This document shows positions 46,481 to 56,012 of a stretch of 64,000 nt of DNA, piece by piece. Under the pieces are notes generated by a model that saw only the letters and a list, made by a program, of their open reading frames with translations, made no database searches and was not told where the DNA came from. Every line of letters begins with the position of its first letter. Within the stretch, counting starts at the first letter, position 1. The stretch is from an uncultured Micavibrio sp. (GTDB lineage: Bacteria; Pseudomonadota; Alphaproteobacteria; Micavibrionales; UBA1664): positions 21,365 to 85,364 of the forward strand of contig CAZHEE010000005.1 of the NCBI GenBank assembly GCA_964531715.1, written 5' to 3'. Both the position numbers and the translations under genes were made by a program.

Positions 46481-48667
46481 ATGTCTTTTCGTCTGAAAAA
46501 AATCCTGTTATCCGCAACGATGATGGCATCCTTGACTGTTTTTAGCCACCATACTGAGGCGCGGACATTAACCGCCCAAACCGATTGGGCCGTTCAAAAA
46601 GTTAACGCCGAGACACCTTATTGCACATTAAGCCGGTCTTATCAGGCAGGGGCGGTGGTCACGATTGCCAAAAATGCAAATGGCGAGGCGACATTGGCTC
46701 TCGATTTTCAACGGGAAGCCTTCGATGTCACGCGCCCTTACCCTGTTGTTATACAATCTGGCAATCAAAAAAGAAACTTTGCAGAAAAGGCCGCTGTCCC
46801 AAACGCCCTTGTGCTCAGGCTCGGCTCTGACCAACAATTCTTACAAGCCATGGTTGAGAATAATGCGCTCACCATCATGATTGATAATGAGACATTCACG
46901 CTAGATTTAAGTGGTTATAATAATGCTGTCAGTACTATGAATCAGTGTCTTGGAATTGCACCCTCGCAAGCTGTTGCAGCGGCGAATGCCTCACCTACAC
47001 CGCAACCACCCATGCCGCAAGTGCCCGTTGCCCCTGTCGTGAGTGTTCAACAAAACCAAACGATCGACCGCCTTATTGCAGAAAATCAACGTTTAACGCA
47101 AGAGCTGCTGACCCGTGATCGTGAGATGCAATCCAGTTTAAGAAATAGTGCGCAAGTGACACCCGATAATTCTGCGCAAATAACGCAACTTCAACAAAAT
47201 TTAGCGGTGAGTGAACAAGAAAAGGCCGGCCTTCTTGCTCAAATTGAAACTTTACAAGCCGATTTGGTGCAATCTCGTCGCTCGCTTAATCCAGATTTGT
47301 CAGGCTTGGTTCAGGAGCGTGATGCTCAAATAGCATTGCTCACGCGTCAAAATCGAACACTTCAAACGCAACTTGAGGAAACACGGCAGCGCATGACGGA
47401 GATAGCCTCCGCCCCAGCTGGCGACGTTATGCCAATGCGCCTTGCCGAGGCAGAAACGCAAGCCAAAATCTTCAAGGCCGAGCGTGATGAGCTTCAAAAA
47501 TTATTGCAGCAAGAACGCCTTCGCGCAAAAACCGCCTCGCAACCTGATGAGAATGTGAATATGATTGCCGACATTCAACGGCTTGAAAAAGAAAAAGCCG
47601 AGCTGAAACGCGAGCTGGCTTTTGTTCAGTCTAATCAGGAAATGAATGCAGGGCAGGGGCAGAATGCGCAAATGGAAATTCGGCGTATTAATACGCGGCT
47701 TCTTGAAACGCAGGAAAAATTGAACGCGGCGAATAAGCGCGTAGCTGATTTGCAAACGCAATTGGTTACCGCACAAAATGATGCGAAAATGGCGATTGCC
47801 CGCGCCAGCCAGGTATCGGTTGCACAGCTCGCGCGTGATGATGCGCAAGGCGTCAATGATAATACGGTCAAAACGCTCCGATCAGAAATTGCGGCGTTAG
47901 AGGCTCAAAATAATTTGATGCGCCGCGATGTCATGCAGTATAAATCAGCCTTAGAGGCAAAAACATTAGAAGTAGCAACGCAGGCGGCTGTTACGACACC
48001 TGCTATGCCGCAGATTGCAAAAGCGCCTGCACAAGAAACATTTGAAGGACGCATCAGCCGCCCTGTATCAATGGAAACGGCGAAAGCCGCGCCGCGTGCG
48101 CCTGTCGTATCGGAGCGCTTATCATTGCGCGACCGTGTGGCAGAAACGCCTGAGCCTATGCCCCAGGCTCAAAGAAGAGTTGCGGTTCAGCAACAACCGA
48201 GAATTCAAACCGCGACACGTTTAAGCGGGTCAGAAATTAAAGAGATTATCCGTTCGGCTCAACTTCCTTTAATGGGGACTATTGATCGCATTGACCGCGT
48301 ATCCGGGCCTGATTTTGCCGCCTTCCGTTGGGATACGGGTACAGTTTTCGGCAGTGGAGAGCAAAGCCGTCTGGTCGGTCGTTCGGCCTTTAATAACGCG
48401 GTGACACAATATATTAATAAAACCCGCTCGCGCTGTACACAATCATTTGACCAAACGGTTGAACAGCGCAATGTGAATGGGCTTACTATTCAGGTGGCTG
48501 ATATTGCCTGCGTTGACAATAATGCACAAGGCGCCGCGGCCTCAATCGTGTTTTTTGCGCATGAAGGCATGTTTTACGCGCTGGCGCATGAGGCGGATAT
48601 GAACAGCTTCCAAACCGCGATGGATATGCGCGACCGTTTGGCGTCGCATGTCACTGCCATATTTTAA
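46481..48667 (+). CDS. Secreted protein with an N-terminal module shared with the upstream gene, a long Q-rich coiled coil and an unknown C-terminal domain
   Basis: It has a signal peptide. The N-module W-A-V-Q...C...IAKN...F.L.L.G...C aligns by eye with residues about 35-160 of the 45115 product. Heptad-rich region from about aa 190 to 500. Confidence 0.6.
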   Translation: MSFRLKKILLSATMMASLTVFSHHTEARTLTAQTDWAVQKVNAETPYCTLSRSYQAGAVVTIAKNANGEATLALDFQREAFDVTRPYPVVIQSGNQKRNFAEKAAVPNALVLRLGSDQQFLQAMVENNALTIMIDNETFTLDLSGYNNAVSTMNQCLGIAPSQAVAAANASPTPQPPMPQVPVAPVVSVQQNQTIDRLIAENQRLTQELLTRDREMQSSLRNSAQVTPDNSAQITQLQQNLAVSEQEKAGLLAQIETLQADLVQSRRSLNPDLSGLVQERDAQIALLTRQNRTLQTQLEETRQRMTEIASAPAGDVMPMRLAEAETQAKIFKAERDELQKLLQQERLRAKTASQPDENVNMIADIQRLEKEKAELKRELAFVQSNQEMNAGQGQNAQMEIRRINTRLLETQEKLNAANKRVADLQTQLVTAQNDAKMAIARASQVSVAQLARDDAQGVNDNTVKTLRSEIAALEAQNNLMRRDVMQYKSALEAKTLEVATQAAVTTPAMPQIAKAPAQETFEGRISRPVSMETAKAAPRAPVVSERLSLRDRVAETPEPMPQAQRRVAVQQQPRIQTATRLSGSEIKEIIRSAQLPLMGTIDRIDRVSGPDFAAFRWDTGTVFGSGEQSRLVGRSAFNNAVTQYINKTRSRCTQSFDQTVEQRNVNGLTIQVADIACVDNNAQGAAASIVFFAHEGMFYALAHEADMNSFQTAMDMRDRLASHVTAIF

Positions 48668-48677
48668 TGAAAATAGT

Positions 48678-49496
48678 TTATAGCTCGGCTTGAAAATGTA
48701 AGGTTTTCATTAGAATAGCGATTGTGAGCATTTGGTATGCCGGGTTGCTATGTATATTTTTCAAGCTTAACGCTTCGGTACAAATTATATTGTCATAAAC
48801 TCTACCGCTTGTTTTTTCAAGAAGGGCTTTGACGAGTAATCCGCTTTGCCCCTCTAGAATAATAGGCATGCCTTTTAAGCTTCCTGCAATTGCTGCGCCG
48901 AGCATGGCGGCATGATCCAACCCGCAATGTTGGGTCATGAAAGATTCAAACCATTCGTTTCCCCCGTCTTGAGCGGGGGTCTGTTTTAATGAATCCCTGC
49001 TCGGGGGCGGGGATGACGTAAAATTAACAGATGACGATAAAGCTTCCAAAGCATCTTTTGCAGCGCCCTCAACCCCTTGCCCGAAGGCGCAAGCAGCGAA
49101 AAGCTGAGTCCCTTCCTCAATCGCCATCATGCCGTAACTGGCGGCGAGAGCCAAATCATCCTCGCTTTTAGGGGCGTGGTTCTCAGGCTGAAGCTCAAAT
49201 ATCTGCAAATCTGTATCAAGCATACTTGCCAATTGGTTAAGCGAGCCTTTTCCGTCCTGACAGCTTTCAACAAAAGCCTGCCCGTCAAAGCCATCCATTG
49301 CATCATACCCTGCCCAGTAAAGCGCACAGCGATTAAGCTGAAACCCTTTGCTCATATCAAATTGGCCTTTAAAATGATCGAGCCAGCCCGAGAGACACGC
49401 TATCGGTTCACGCTTATCATGATGATAGGGCGCGTAATCGGGCAGGGCAGATATGATATCAGCGATATCTTTGAATTTTGGCTGTGCCTTACTCAT
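48678..49496 (-). CDS. Divergent CobT/DMB-phosphoribosyltransferase-like protein
   Basis: Weak by-eye resemblance to CobT blocks (ALYWAGYD...; FAACAFGQGVEGAA...; AAMLGAAIAGSLKGMPIILEG). It is short (272 aa) and lacks several canonical residues. Confidence 0.45.
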   Translation of the reverse strand: MSKAQPKFKDIADIISALPDYAPYHHDKREPIACLSGWLDHFKGQFDMSKGFQLNRCALYWAGYDAMDGFDGQAFVESCQDGKGSLNQLASMLDTDLQIFELQPENHAPKSEDDLALAASYGMMAIEEGTQLFAACAFGQGVEGAAKDALEALSSSVNFTSSPPPSRDSLKQTPAQDGGNEWFESFMTQHCGLDHAAMLGAAIAGSLKGMPIILEGQSGLLVKALLEKTSGRVYDNIICTEALSLKNIHSNPAYQMLTIAILMKTLHFQAEL

Positions 49497-49512
49497 ACAA
49501 CTTCCTTATAAC

Positions 49513-49612
49513 GTCATTACCCGAATTCTTAAAAAAAGAATTCTAGGGTAATCCAGACGGGTAATCAATTGCTGGATTGCCTTAGAAACGTTAAAACGTT
49601 TAAGGCAATGAC
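49513..49612. repeat. Palindromic MITE-like element (gtcatt..ggattgc..gcaatgac family)
   Basis: Termini gtcattac / ggcaatgac, an internal ctggattgc, and two nested palindromes (gaattcttaaaaaaagaattc; cttagaaacgttaaaacgtttaag). Confidence 0.75.
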
Positions 49613-49704
49613 AATATAGGAAAAATCATTGATGCAACGCTTGACTTGCACTGTGGTTTTACAGTATTGTCCGACAAAATTACGTTTAAATAAGGATTAA
49701 AGCC

Positions 49705-49995
49705 ATGTCACGCCGTTGTGTAGTTACTGATAAAGCCGTTGTTTCGGGGAATAATGTTTCCCACGCCCATAATAAAACACGCCGTAAATTTATGCCGAAT
49801 TTGACAGACACACGCGTGTTCAGCGAAACACTCGGACGCTTTTTCAAAATTAAGGTCACTGCGGCAGGCTTGCGTACGCTTGAACATAAAGGCGGTTTTG
49901 ACGCATGGTTATTGGATACGTCACCAAGTAAGCTTCCGAATGCCGAGCTGAAAAAAGTTCGCAAGGAAATTCAGTCGAAAAAAGACGCGGCTTAA
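49705..49995 (+). CDS. rpmB: 50S ribosomal protein L28
   Basis: MSRRCVVTDKAVVSGNNVSHAHNKTRRKFMPNL. Confidence 0.95.
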   Translation: MSRRCVVTDKAVVSGNNVSHAHNKTRRKFMPNLTDTRVFSETLGRFFKIKVTAAGLRTLEHKGGFDAWLLDTSPSKLPNAELKKVRKEIQSKKDAA

Positions 49996-50020
49996 ATTTT
50001 TTATTGTCATCCCTTCACTC

Positions 50021-50095
50021 GTCATCCCGACCGAGCGCAGTGAGCGGAGGGATCTTAATCTTATAAATAGATCCCTCGACTACGCTCGGGATGAC
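50021..50095. repeat. Palindromic MITE-like element, second copy of the 27443 family
   Basis: gtcatcccgaccgagcgcagtgagcggagggatc ... gatccctcgactacgctcgggatgac. Confidence 0.8.
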
Positions 50096-50103
50096 AGTTA
50101 TTC

Positions 50104-51300
50104 ATGCTTTCAAAAGACCTTTACCCTAATCACGATTTTATTATTGAGTATAAAGACCCGAAATCGCGCGCGCGGATAGGGACTCTTAAAACACCGCACG
50201 GCTCGATCCAGACACCGAATTATATTTTTTGCGGCACAAAGGCCGCCTTGCGATGTATGACATCAAAACAGGCAGCGGAGGCGGGCGCGGATATTCACCT
50301 CGTAAACACATACCACCTGGTCGTTCAACCGGGCGCGGATATTGTTGAGAAACTGGGCGGTGCGCATGGCATGACTGGCTGGACAGGCCCGATGATGACC
50401 GATAGCGGCGGGTTTCAGATTTTTGCCTTTGGCGAGGGGACTGTCGCCGATGAAATTAAAGGTCGGCGCAAAGACAATCCAAAAGACAGACTCCTCCTTG
50501 ATATTACTGAGGAAGGCGCGGTTTTTAAATCTTATATCAATGGCGAGAAATTCACTCTCACCCCTGAAAGCTCGATAGACGCACAACGTAAAATCGGCGC
50601 GGATCTGATTTATTGTCTGGATGAATGCCCGCCTTATCACCTTGATCGCGATTATATGTCAAAATCTATGGAGATGTCGCATCGTTGGGAGGATCGCTCA
50701 TTTGAAGAATTCAAGCGCGGCATGGATGGCTCTCAAGCTTTATACGGTATAGTGCAAGGCGGCGTATATGAGGATTTGCGCCGTGAATCCTGCGACTATG
50801 TCTCATCAAGAGATTTTTTCGGGACAGCGATTGGTGGCTCTCTCGGTGTAACGGTTGACCAGATTTATGATCAGGTGGTGAGCTGGTGCATGCCTTATAT
50901 CCCTGAAGAACGCCCTGTACATTTGCTGGGCATTGGTTCAATGCGCGATATTTTTGAAGGGGTACGCATGGGGATTGATACATTCGATTGTGTGACCCCA
51001 ACACGGATTGCTCGCCATGGCTGGGCACTCATGAAAGGGGCGGAGAATGAACGCATGAATTTGCGGAACGGCAAATATCGTGATGACCCAACACCTTTGG
51101 ATGAAACGCAAGACCATTATTACTCTCAAACATTCTCACGCGGATATCTGCATCATTTGATTAAGAGCCATGAGCCACTGGCGATGCATATTCTCTCGGT
51201 GCATAATATTGCAACGATGACGCGTCTTATGCGTGATGTGAGGGATGCAATCCGCGAAGGTACGCTTGATGCGCTGGAAAAAGAATGGTTGGTGGGTTAG
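50104..51300 (+). CDS. tgt: tRNA-guanine transglycosylase family protein (divergent Tgt)
   Basis: TDSGGFQ (nucleophile Asp), LDEC, GIVQGG, LLGIGSMRD, FDCVTPTR and SRGYLHHL are all alignable to E. coli/Z. mobilis Tgt. The Zn CxCxxC motif and the GGLAVGE motif are substituted (see findings). Confidence 0.8.
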   Translation: MLSKDLYPNHDFIIEYKDPKSRARIGTLKTPHGSIQTPNYIFCGTKAALRCMTSKQAAEAGADIHLVNTYHLVVQPGADIVEKLGGAHGMTGWTGPMMTDSGGFQIFAFGEGTVADEIKGRRKDNPKDRLLLDITEEGAVFKSYINGEKFTLTPESSIDAQRKIGADLIYCLDECPPYHLDRDYMSKSMEMSHRWEDRSFEEFKRGMDGSQALYGIVQGGVYEDLRRESCDYVSSRDFFGTAIGGSLGVTVDQIYDQVVSWCMPYIPEERPVHLLGIGSMRDIFEGVRMGIDTFDCVTPTRIARHGWALMKGAENERMNLRNGKYRDDPTPLDETQDHYYSQTFSRGYLHHLIKSHEPLAMHILSVHNIATMTRLMRDVRDAIREGTLDALEKEWLVG

Positions 51301-51360
51301 ATTTAGTACCTTACTAAACTTTGCGTGACATTGTGTGGCTTTGCGTTAAAAATAAGTTTC

Positions 51361-51990
51361 ATGAAAAACACATTCATATCCACTCATTCTATTATTAAAG
51401 ACCGTTTAACACTTTTACGGGACAAGAACACTAATTTTCAAACATTCAGAACGGCTTTAAATGATATTGCGACTATTCTCGGTATTGAGGCCACGCGGGA
51501 CTTACCGTTAGAGCCGCTTCACATTGAAACCCCATTGGCAAGCCATCAAGGTCACGCCTTGGCTTCGCGCCCTCTTATCATACCGATTTTACGTGCCGGG
51601 CTTGCGCTATCCGAAAGTTTGAACCGCATCCTACCCCATGCCGATACGGGGCATATCGGGCTATATCGTGATGAGGAAACGCACAAACCTGTTGAATATC
51701 TGGTGAAACTCCCTAGTGAGCTAAACCGACCGATTTTTATCTGTGACCCGATGCTCGCCACAGGGCATAGCATGATAAAAACGCTGGATATCCTGTGCAA
51801 TAAAGGCGCGAAACCTCAAAATGTTATAATTGTAACCCTTCTTTGCGCACCTGAAGGTTTGGAAGAGCTTCGCAAATTCTATCCTGATAGTCCTGTTTAT
51901 ACTGCCGCGATCGACAGCCATTTAAATGAGAACGCCTATATTGTTCCTGGGTTAGGCGATGCAGGCGACCGCTATTTCGGGACGGTCTAA
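51361..51990 (+). CDS. upp: Uracil phosphoribosyltransferase
   Basis: IIPILRAGL..., CDPMLATGHS and YIVPGLGDAGDRYFGT. The start is at ATG 51361. Confidence 0.95.
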   Translation: MKNTFISTHSIIKDRLTLLRDKNTNFQTFRTALNDIATILGIEATRDLPLEPLHIETPLASHQGHALASRPLIIPILRAGLALSESLNRILPHADTGHIGLYRDEETHKPVEYLVKLPSELNRPIFICDPMLATGHSMIKTLDILCNKGAKPQNVIIVTLLCAPEGLEELRKFYPDSPVYTAAIDSHLNENAYIVPGLGDAGDRYFGTV

Positions 51991-52032
51991 AATATTTGAT
52001 GCGCAGTTTACTTTTTGAAGCTATGATGCGCC

Positions 52033-53538
52033 ATGCTTGATAAAGCCGTTGATTTTTCACTGTTATTTAATGCCTCACCTCTGCCGCGCCTTGTAGTTAC
52101 GCAAGCGGAAAAAGATCATTTTTTTGTTTTGAAAGCGAACAAGGCAGCAATTCATTATTTTTGCCCCGATAAGGAAAAAGATTGTCAGATTGACGGGATG
52201 GCATTACCCGATTTTATTGATACGACCAATAAAACGCATATTCTACAGGCAATGACGGTTTGCCATGACTCTCAGGTGCCTGTGACGATTCAGATTTTAC
52301 CAAAAAAAGGGGAAGTGACCGAAATACAGACTTTTTTGCTGAGTGCCGTTCAAGATGATGATGTAACATTCATCGATATGCAATCTCAGCCGCCATCATC
52401 GGATCAGGCGGCGATTGAACAGGAACGTGATGATGCAATATCAATGTTCACAACCGTTTTTGATGTCAGTGATGTCGGCTTTACAGTTGTCGACCATCAT
52501 GGACGCTTTGTCAGGATTAATCAGACCTTTACGCGTTTAACGGGTTGGGAATCAATTGATTTGATGGGTCATAAACTCACGAAAATTATTCCTGAAAACG
52601 AACATGATGCCGCGATGAAACGCCATGATGATACGATTAACCACCGCCGTAAAAATTTTGGGGAAATTTTAATTCTGAAAAAAAATGGGTCACTCATGAA
52701 TGTCATGGTGACATCTTCTATGATGGAATTGAAAAACGGACGAGCTTTCAGGATAACCACCGTCACGGATGTGACCGCGCTTAAACAAATTGAAAGTGAC
52801 CTTCGTATTGCGAAGGATGAGGCGGATAAGGCCAACCGCGCAAAATCGGCCTTTCTTGCGAATATGAGTCATGAGCTCCGCACGCCTTTGAATGCAATTA
52901 TCGGCTTCTCCGAAATGATGCTGAATGCCACACTCGGTAAAATTGAAAATGAAAATTATCTTGAGTATCTGGGTGATATAAAATTCTCGGCGCGTCATTT
53001 ATTGCAGATTATTAATGATGTTTTAGACATGTCTAAAATTGAAGCCGGTAAAATGCCGCTTGATGAGGAGGTGATAGATTTACCTGCTTTATTGGATAGC
53101 GTGAAACGCTTGCTTCGCTCTAATGCAGACGAAAAGGATGTTGCGATCAACTTGACTTATCAGGATGATATGCCTGCCTTACGTGGCGATGAAAGACTAT
53201 TAAGACAGGTTTTTCTTAATTTAATAAGTAACGCTGTGAAATTTTCGGATAAGGGCGGCAAGGTTGACATTAATATTCATCAGGAAGACGGTTTCATAGT
53301 GAAAATTGAAGATGAAGGGATTGGGATTGCTGAAAATCGCCTTGCGGAGGTAATAGAACCATTCGGGCAAGTCATTGACCCGAAATTGAATAAGGGGCAG
53401 GGGACAGGGCTTGGCCTGCCGATTGCCAAGGCAATGATGGATATGCATGGCGGAACGCTTGATATTCAATCGGAGAGTGGGCAAGGCACGCTTGTGACTT
53501 GTCACTTCCCTGAAACCCGTGTTATTAATGAAACGTAG
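52033..53538 (+). CDS. PAS-domain sensor histidine kinase (cytoplasmic)
   Basis: PAS region (VVDHHGRFVRINQTFTRLTGW), H-box FLANMSHELRTPLNAI, and the N, G1 and G2 boxes (NLISNAVKF, DEGIGI, GTGLGLPI). Confidence 0.85.
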   Translation: MLDKAVDFSLLFNASPLPRLVVTQAEKDHFFVLKANKAAIHYFCPDKEKDCQIDGMALPDFIDTTNKTHILQAMTVCHDSQVPVTIQILPKKGEVTEIQTFLLSAVQDDDVTFIDMQSQPPSSDQAAIEQERDDAISMFTTVFDVSDVGFTVVDHHGRFVRINQTFTRLTGWESIDLMGHKLTKIIPENEHDAAMKRHDDTINHRRKNFGEILILKKNGSLMNVMVTSSMMELKNGRAFRITTVTDVTALKQIESDLRIAKDEADKANRAKSAFLANMSHELRTPLNAIIGFSEMMLNATLGKIENENYLEYLGDIKFSARHLLQIINDVLDMSKIEAGKMPLDEEVIDLPALLDSVKRLLRSNADEKDVAINLTYQDDMPALRGDERLLRQVFLNLISNAVKFSDKGGKVDINIHQEDGFIVKIEDEGIGIAENRLAEVIEPFGQVIDPKLNKGQGTGLGLPIAKAMMDMHGGTLDIQSESGQGTLVTCHFPETRVINET

Positions 53539-53541
53539 TAC

Positions 53542-53603
53542 GTCATCCTGAACTTGTTTCAGGATCTTTATGTAACCAGACACTGAAACAAATTCAGTGT
53601 GAC
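53542..53603. repeat. Palindromic MITE-like element, second copy of the 34728 family
   Basis: gtcatcctgaacttgtttcaggatc ... cactgaaacaaattcagtgtgac, 4 nt after the kinase stop codon. Confidence 0.8.
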
Positions 53604-53623
53604 AAAAAAAATTGAAAAAAGAC

Positions 53624-54043
53624 ATGACAGAACTCTATTCCCTTGAGCAGCAATGCACCAAAGCAGGCCTGAAAATGACAGGCCAGCGTAAAATTATTGT
53701 GAATGTCCTTGAGACTTCGGAGGATCACCCCTCGGTTGAGGACGTACTCGACCGGGCAAAAGCCATCGATTCGTCGGTGTCTATGGCAACGGTTTACAGG
53801 ACGCTCTCATTGCTTGATGAAATGGATTTGGTCATCAAGCATGAATTCAAGGAAGGCTTCGCCCGATTTGAGGTTAACGAAGACCATCATCATCATTTAA
53901 TTGACCTTGAAAGCGGTGATGTTATTGAATTTCAAAGCGAGAAGCTTGAAAAGCTTAAAGAAGAAATCGCGCGTGAGTTAGGCTATGAGTTAATCGACCA
54001 TACTCTTGAACTTTACGGACGAAAGCTTGAAGATAATAAATAA
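53624..54043 (+). CDS. Fur-family regulator, Irr-like (no CxxC pairs; has an HHHH motif)
   Basis: Winged-helix VATVYRTLSLLDEMDLV, then FEVNEDHHHHLIDLESGDVIEF. It lacks the Cys pairs of Fur/Zur, as does alphaproteobacterial Irr. Confidence 0.75.
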   Translation: MTELYSLEQQCTKAGLKMTGQRKIIVNVLETSEDHPSVEDVLDRAKAIDSSVSMATVYRTLSLLDEMDLVIKHEFKEGFARFEVNEDHHHHLIDLESGDVIEFQSEKLEKLKEEIARELGYELIDHTLELYGRKLEDNK

Positions 54044-54049
54044 CAAAAT

Positions 54050-54146
54050 GTCATTACATGTTTTTTACGATAGTAAAATACGTGTAATCCATGATATGGA
54101 ACCGGATTGCACCCCGGCCTTCGCCGGGGCAGGCAAGTGCAATGAC
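54050..54146. repeat. Palindromic MITE-like element (gtcatt..ggattgc..gcaatgac family)
   Basis: Termini gtcattacatg / gtgcaatgac, an internal accggattgc, and the hairpin ccccggccttcgccgggg. Confidence 0.75.
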
Positions 54147-54163
54147 GATAGGGAAAATAAATA

Positions 54164-54391
54164 ATGTGTGATTTCAGAGTGATAGAGCAGGATTACGCGA
54201 ACGAGGCCGCAAAATGCATTTGTAAACCTGCCGTATTTAATGCCTATGAAACTTTAAAATCTCATGGGCATAAAAAAGCGATGGACGCGGCGATGAAAAT
54301 CTATCTTTATCACCATCCCGAGGATACGATTGAGGATGCGCAAATCACTGTTGAACGCTGGCTTGTTGCGCAATCAGGGCAAATCCACTAA
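54164..54391 (+). CDS. Small hypothetical protein (75 aa)
   Basis: An ORF only, lying 11 nt upstream of prfC. I recognise no motif. Confidence 0.4.
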   Translation: MCDFRVIEQDYANEAAKCICKPAVFNAYETLKSHGHKKAMDAAMKIYLYHHPEDTIEDAQITVERWLVAQSGQIH

Positions 54392-54402
54392 AACATGGCC
54401 TC

Positions 54403-55965
54403 ATGCTAACCGATACAATATCTAAACGGCGGACATTCGCTATCATCTCCCACCCTGATGCAGGGAAGACGACCTTGACTGAAAAGCTTTTGCTGTTCGG
54501 TGGCGCGATACAGCTCGCAGGTGAGGTGAAGGCAAAAGGCGACCGCCGCCGCGCAACATCCGACTGGATGAAGGTTGAGCAGGAACGCGGAATTTCGGTG
54601 GCATCATCCGTTATGACATTCGAATATGAAGGGCATACATTTAATTTGCTCGACACGCCGGGGCATGAAGATTTTTCCGAGGATACTTATCGCACGCTAA
54701 CCGCCGTTGATAGTGCCATCATGGTCTTGGATGCCGCGAAAGGGATTGAAACACAAACGCGTAAATTGTTTGAAGTTTGCCGCCTGCGCAATATTCCGAT
54801 TATCACTTTTATCAATAAGATGGATAGGGACGGGCGCGACCCTTTAGAGGTTCTGGACGAGGTTGAAGAGAAACTTGCGCTTGAAGTTACGCCTGCCAAC
54901 TGGCCCATAGGGCAAGGCCGCGATTTTAAAGGCGTTTATAATTTATTTGATGATTCTATCGTGCTTGTTGACCGTAAGACGACCGAGCCGTCTATCTCCG
55001 TCAAAGGCTATGATGACCCTCAAATAAAGGCAATATTGGATGAAAACCGCTATCAGGAATTTGTCGACGGCGTTGAAATGGCGCAGGGTGTCTGCCCTGA
55101 ATTCGATATGGAGTCCTATCGCAACGGCTCAATGACGCCTGTGTTTTTCGGCTCTGCCATTAATAATTTCGGCGTAAGGGAGCTTTTGAACGGTGTCAAA
55201 GATATGGCACCCGCGCCGCGTTCCCAAACAACGGATAGCCGCGAAGTCAAACCTGATGAGGGAAAAGTCTCCGCCTTTATCTTTAAAATTCAGGCGAATA
55301 TGGACCCGAAGCACCGTGACCGCATCGCATTCGCCCGAATATGTTCAGGCAAATTCAAAAAGGGGATGAAGCTGAAACATTCCCGCTCTGGCAAGATGCT
55401 GACTATCCACTCACCGCAGCTTTTCTTAGCGCAAGATAGAGAGATGGCGGAGGAGGCCTTTGCCGGTGACATTATCGGCATCCCGAACCATGGGAATCTG
55501 CGCATCGGCGACAGCTTGACTGAAGGGGAAGATTTACTATTTTCGGATATCCCGTCCTTCGCGCCTGAAATCCTGCAACGCGCACGACCTGAGGACCCGA
55601 TGAAGGCGAAACATCTGGGTGAGGCTCTCGTACAACTGGCGGAGGAAGGCGCGGCACGTGTTTTTAAATCCAATCTGGATAGCGGATGGGTTGTGGGCGT
55701 GGTTGGCGCACTCCAATTTGATGTGTTGAAAGACCGCATTCGGACCGAATATAATTGCCCTGTAAGGTTTGAAGCGACTGAGCTTTACACCGCACGCTGG
55801 GTAATGGCGGATGATGCGAAAGATTTAAAGATTTTTCTGGACAGAAACGCCGCGGCAATTGCCAATGATCATGATAATGACCCCGTCTTCATCGCGCGGA
55901 ATGCCTGGCACCTTCAGGATGCGCAGGATAAATTCCCTAATATCAGGTTTGCAGATGTAAAATAA
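54403..55965 (+). CDS. prfC: Peptide chain release factor 3
   Basis: RRTFAIISHPDAGKTTLTEKLLLFGGAIQ, DTPGHEDF and NKMD. The last 23 codons appear to be a replacement (see findings). Confidence 0.95.
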   Translation: MLTDTISKRRTFAIISHPDAGKTTLTEKLLLFGGAIQLAGEVKAKGDRRRATSDWMKVEQERGISVASSVMTFEYEGHTFNLLDTPGHEDFSEDTYRTLTAVDSAIMVLDAAKGIETQTRKLFEVCRLRNIPIITFINKMDRDGRDPLEVLDEVEEKLALEVTPANWPIGQGRDFKGVYNLFDDSIVLVDRKTTEPSISVKGYDDPQIKAILDENRYQEFVDGVEMAQGVCPEFDMESYRNGSMTPVFFGSAINNFGVRELLNGVKDMAPAPRSQTTDSREVKPDEGKVSAFIFKIQANMDPKHRDRIAFARICSGKFKKGMKLKHSRSGKMLTIHSPQLFLAQDREMAEEAFAGDIIGIPNHGNLRIGDSLTEGEDLLFSDIPSFAPEILQRARPEDPMKAKHLGEALVQLAEEGAARVFKSNLDSGWVVGVVGALQFDVLKDRIRTEYNCPVRFEATELYTARWVMADDAKDLKIFLDRNAAAIANDHDNDPVFIARNAWHLQDAQDKFPNIRFADVK

Positions 55966-55968
55966 ATA

Positions 55969-55997
55969 TTGACATAAATTTTAATATTTGTTATTTT
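55969..55997 (+). promoter_or_regulatory. Sigma-70-like promoter candidate for the inserted cassette
   Basis: TTGACA (55969-55974), a 17-nt spacer, then TATTTT (55992-55997). It begins 4 nt after the prfC stop. Confidence 0.35.
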
Positions 55998-56012
55998 TTT
56001 TTGAAGTTAGAG

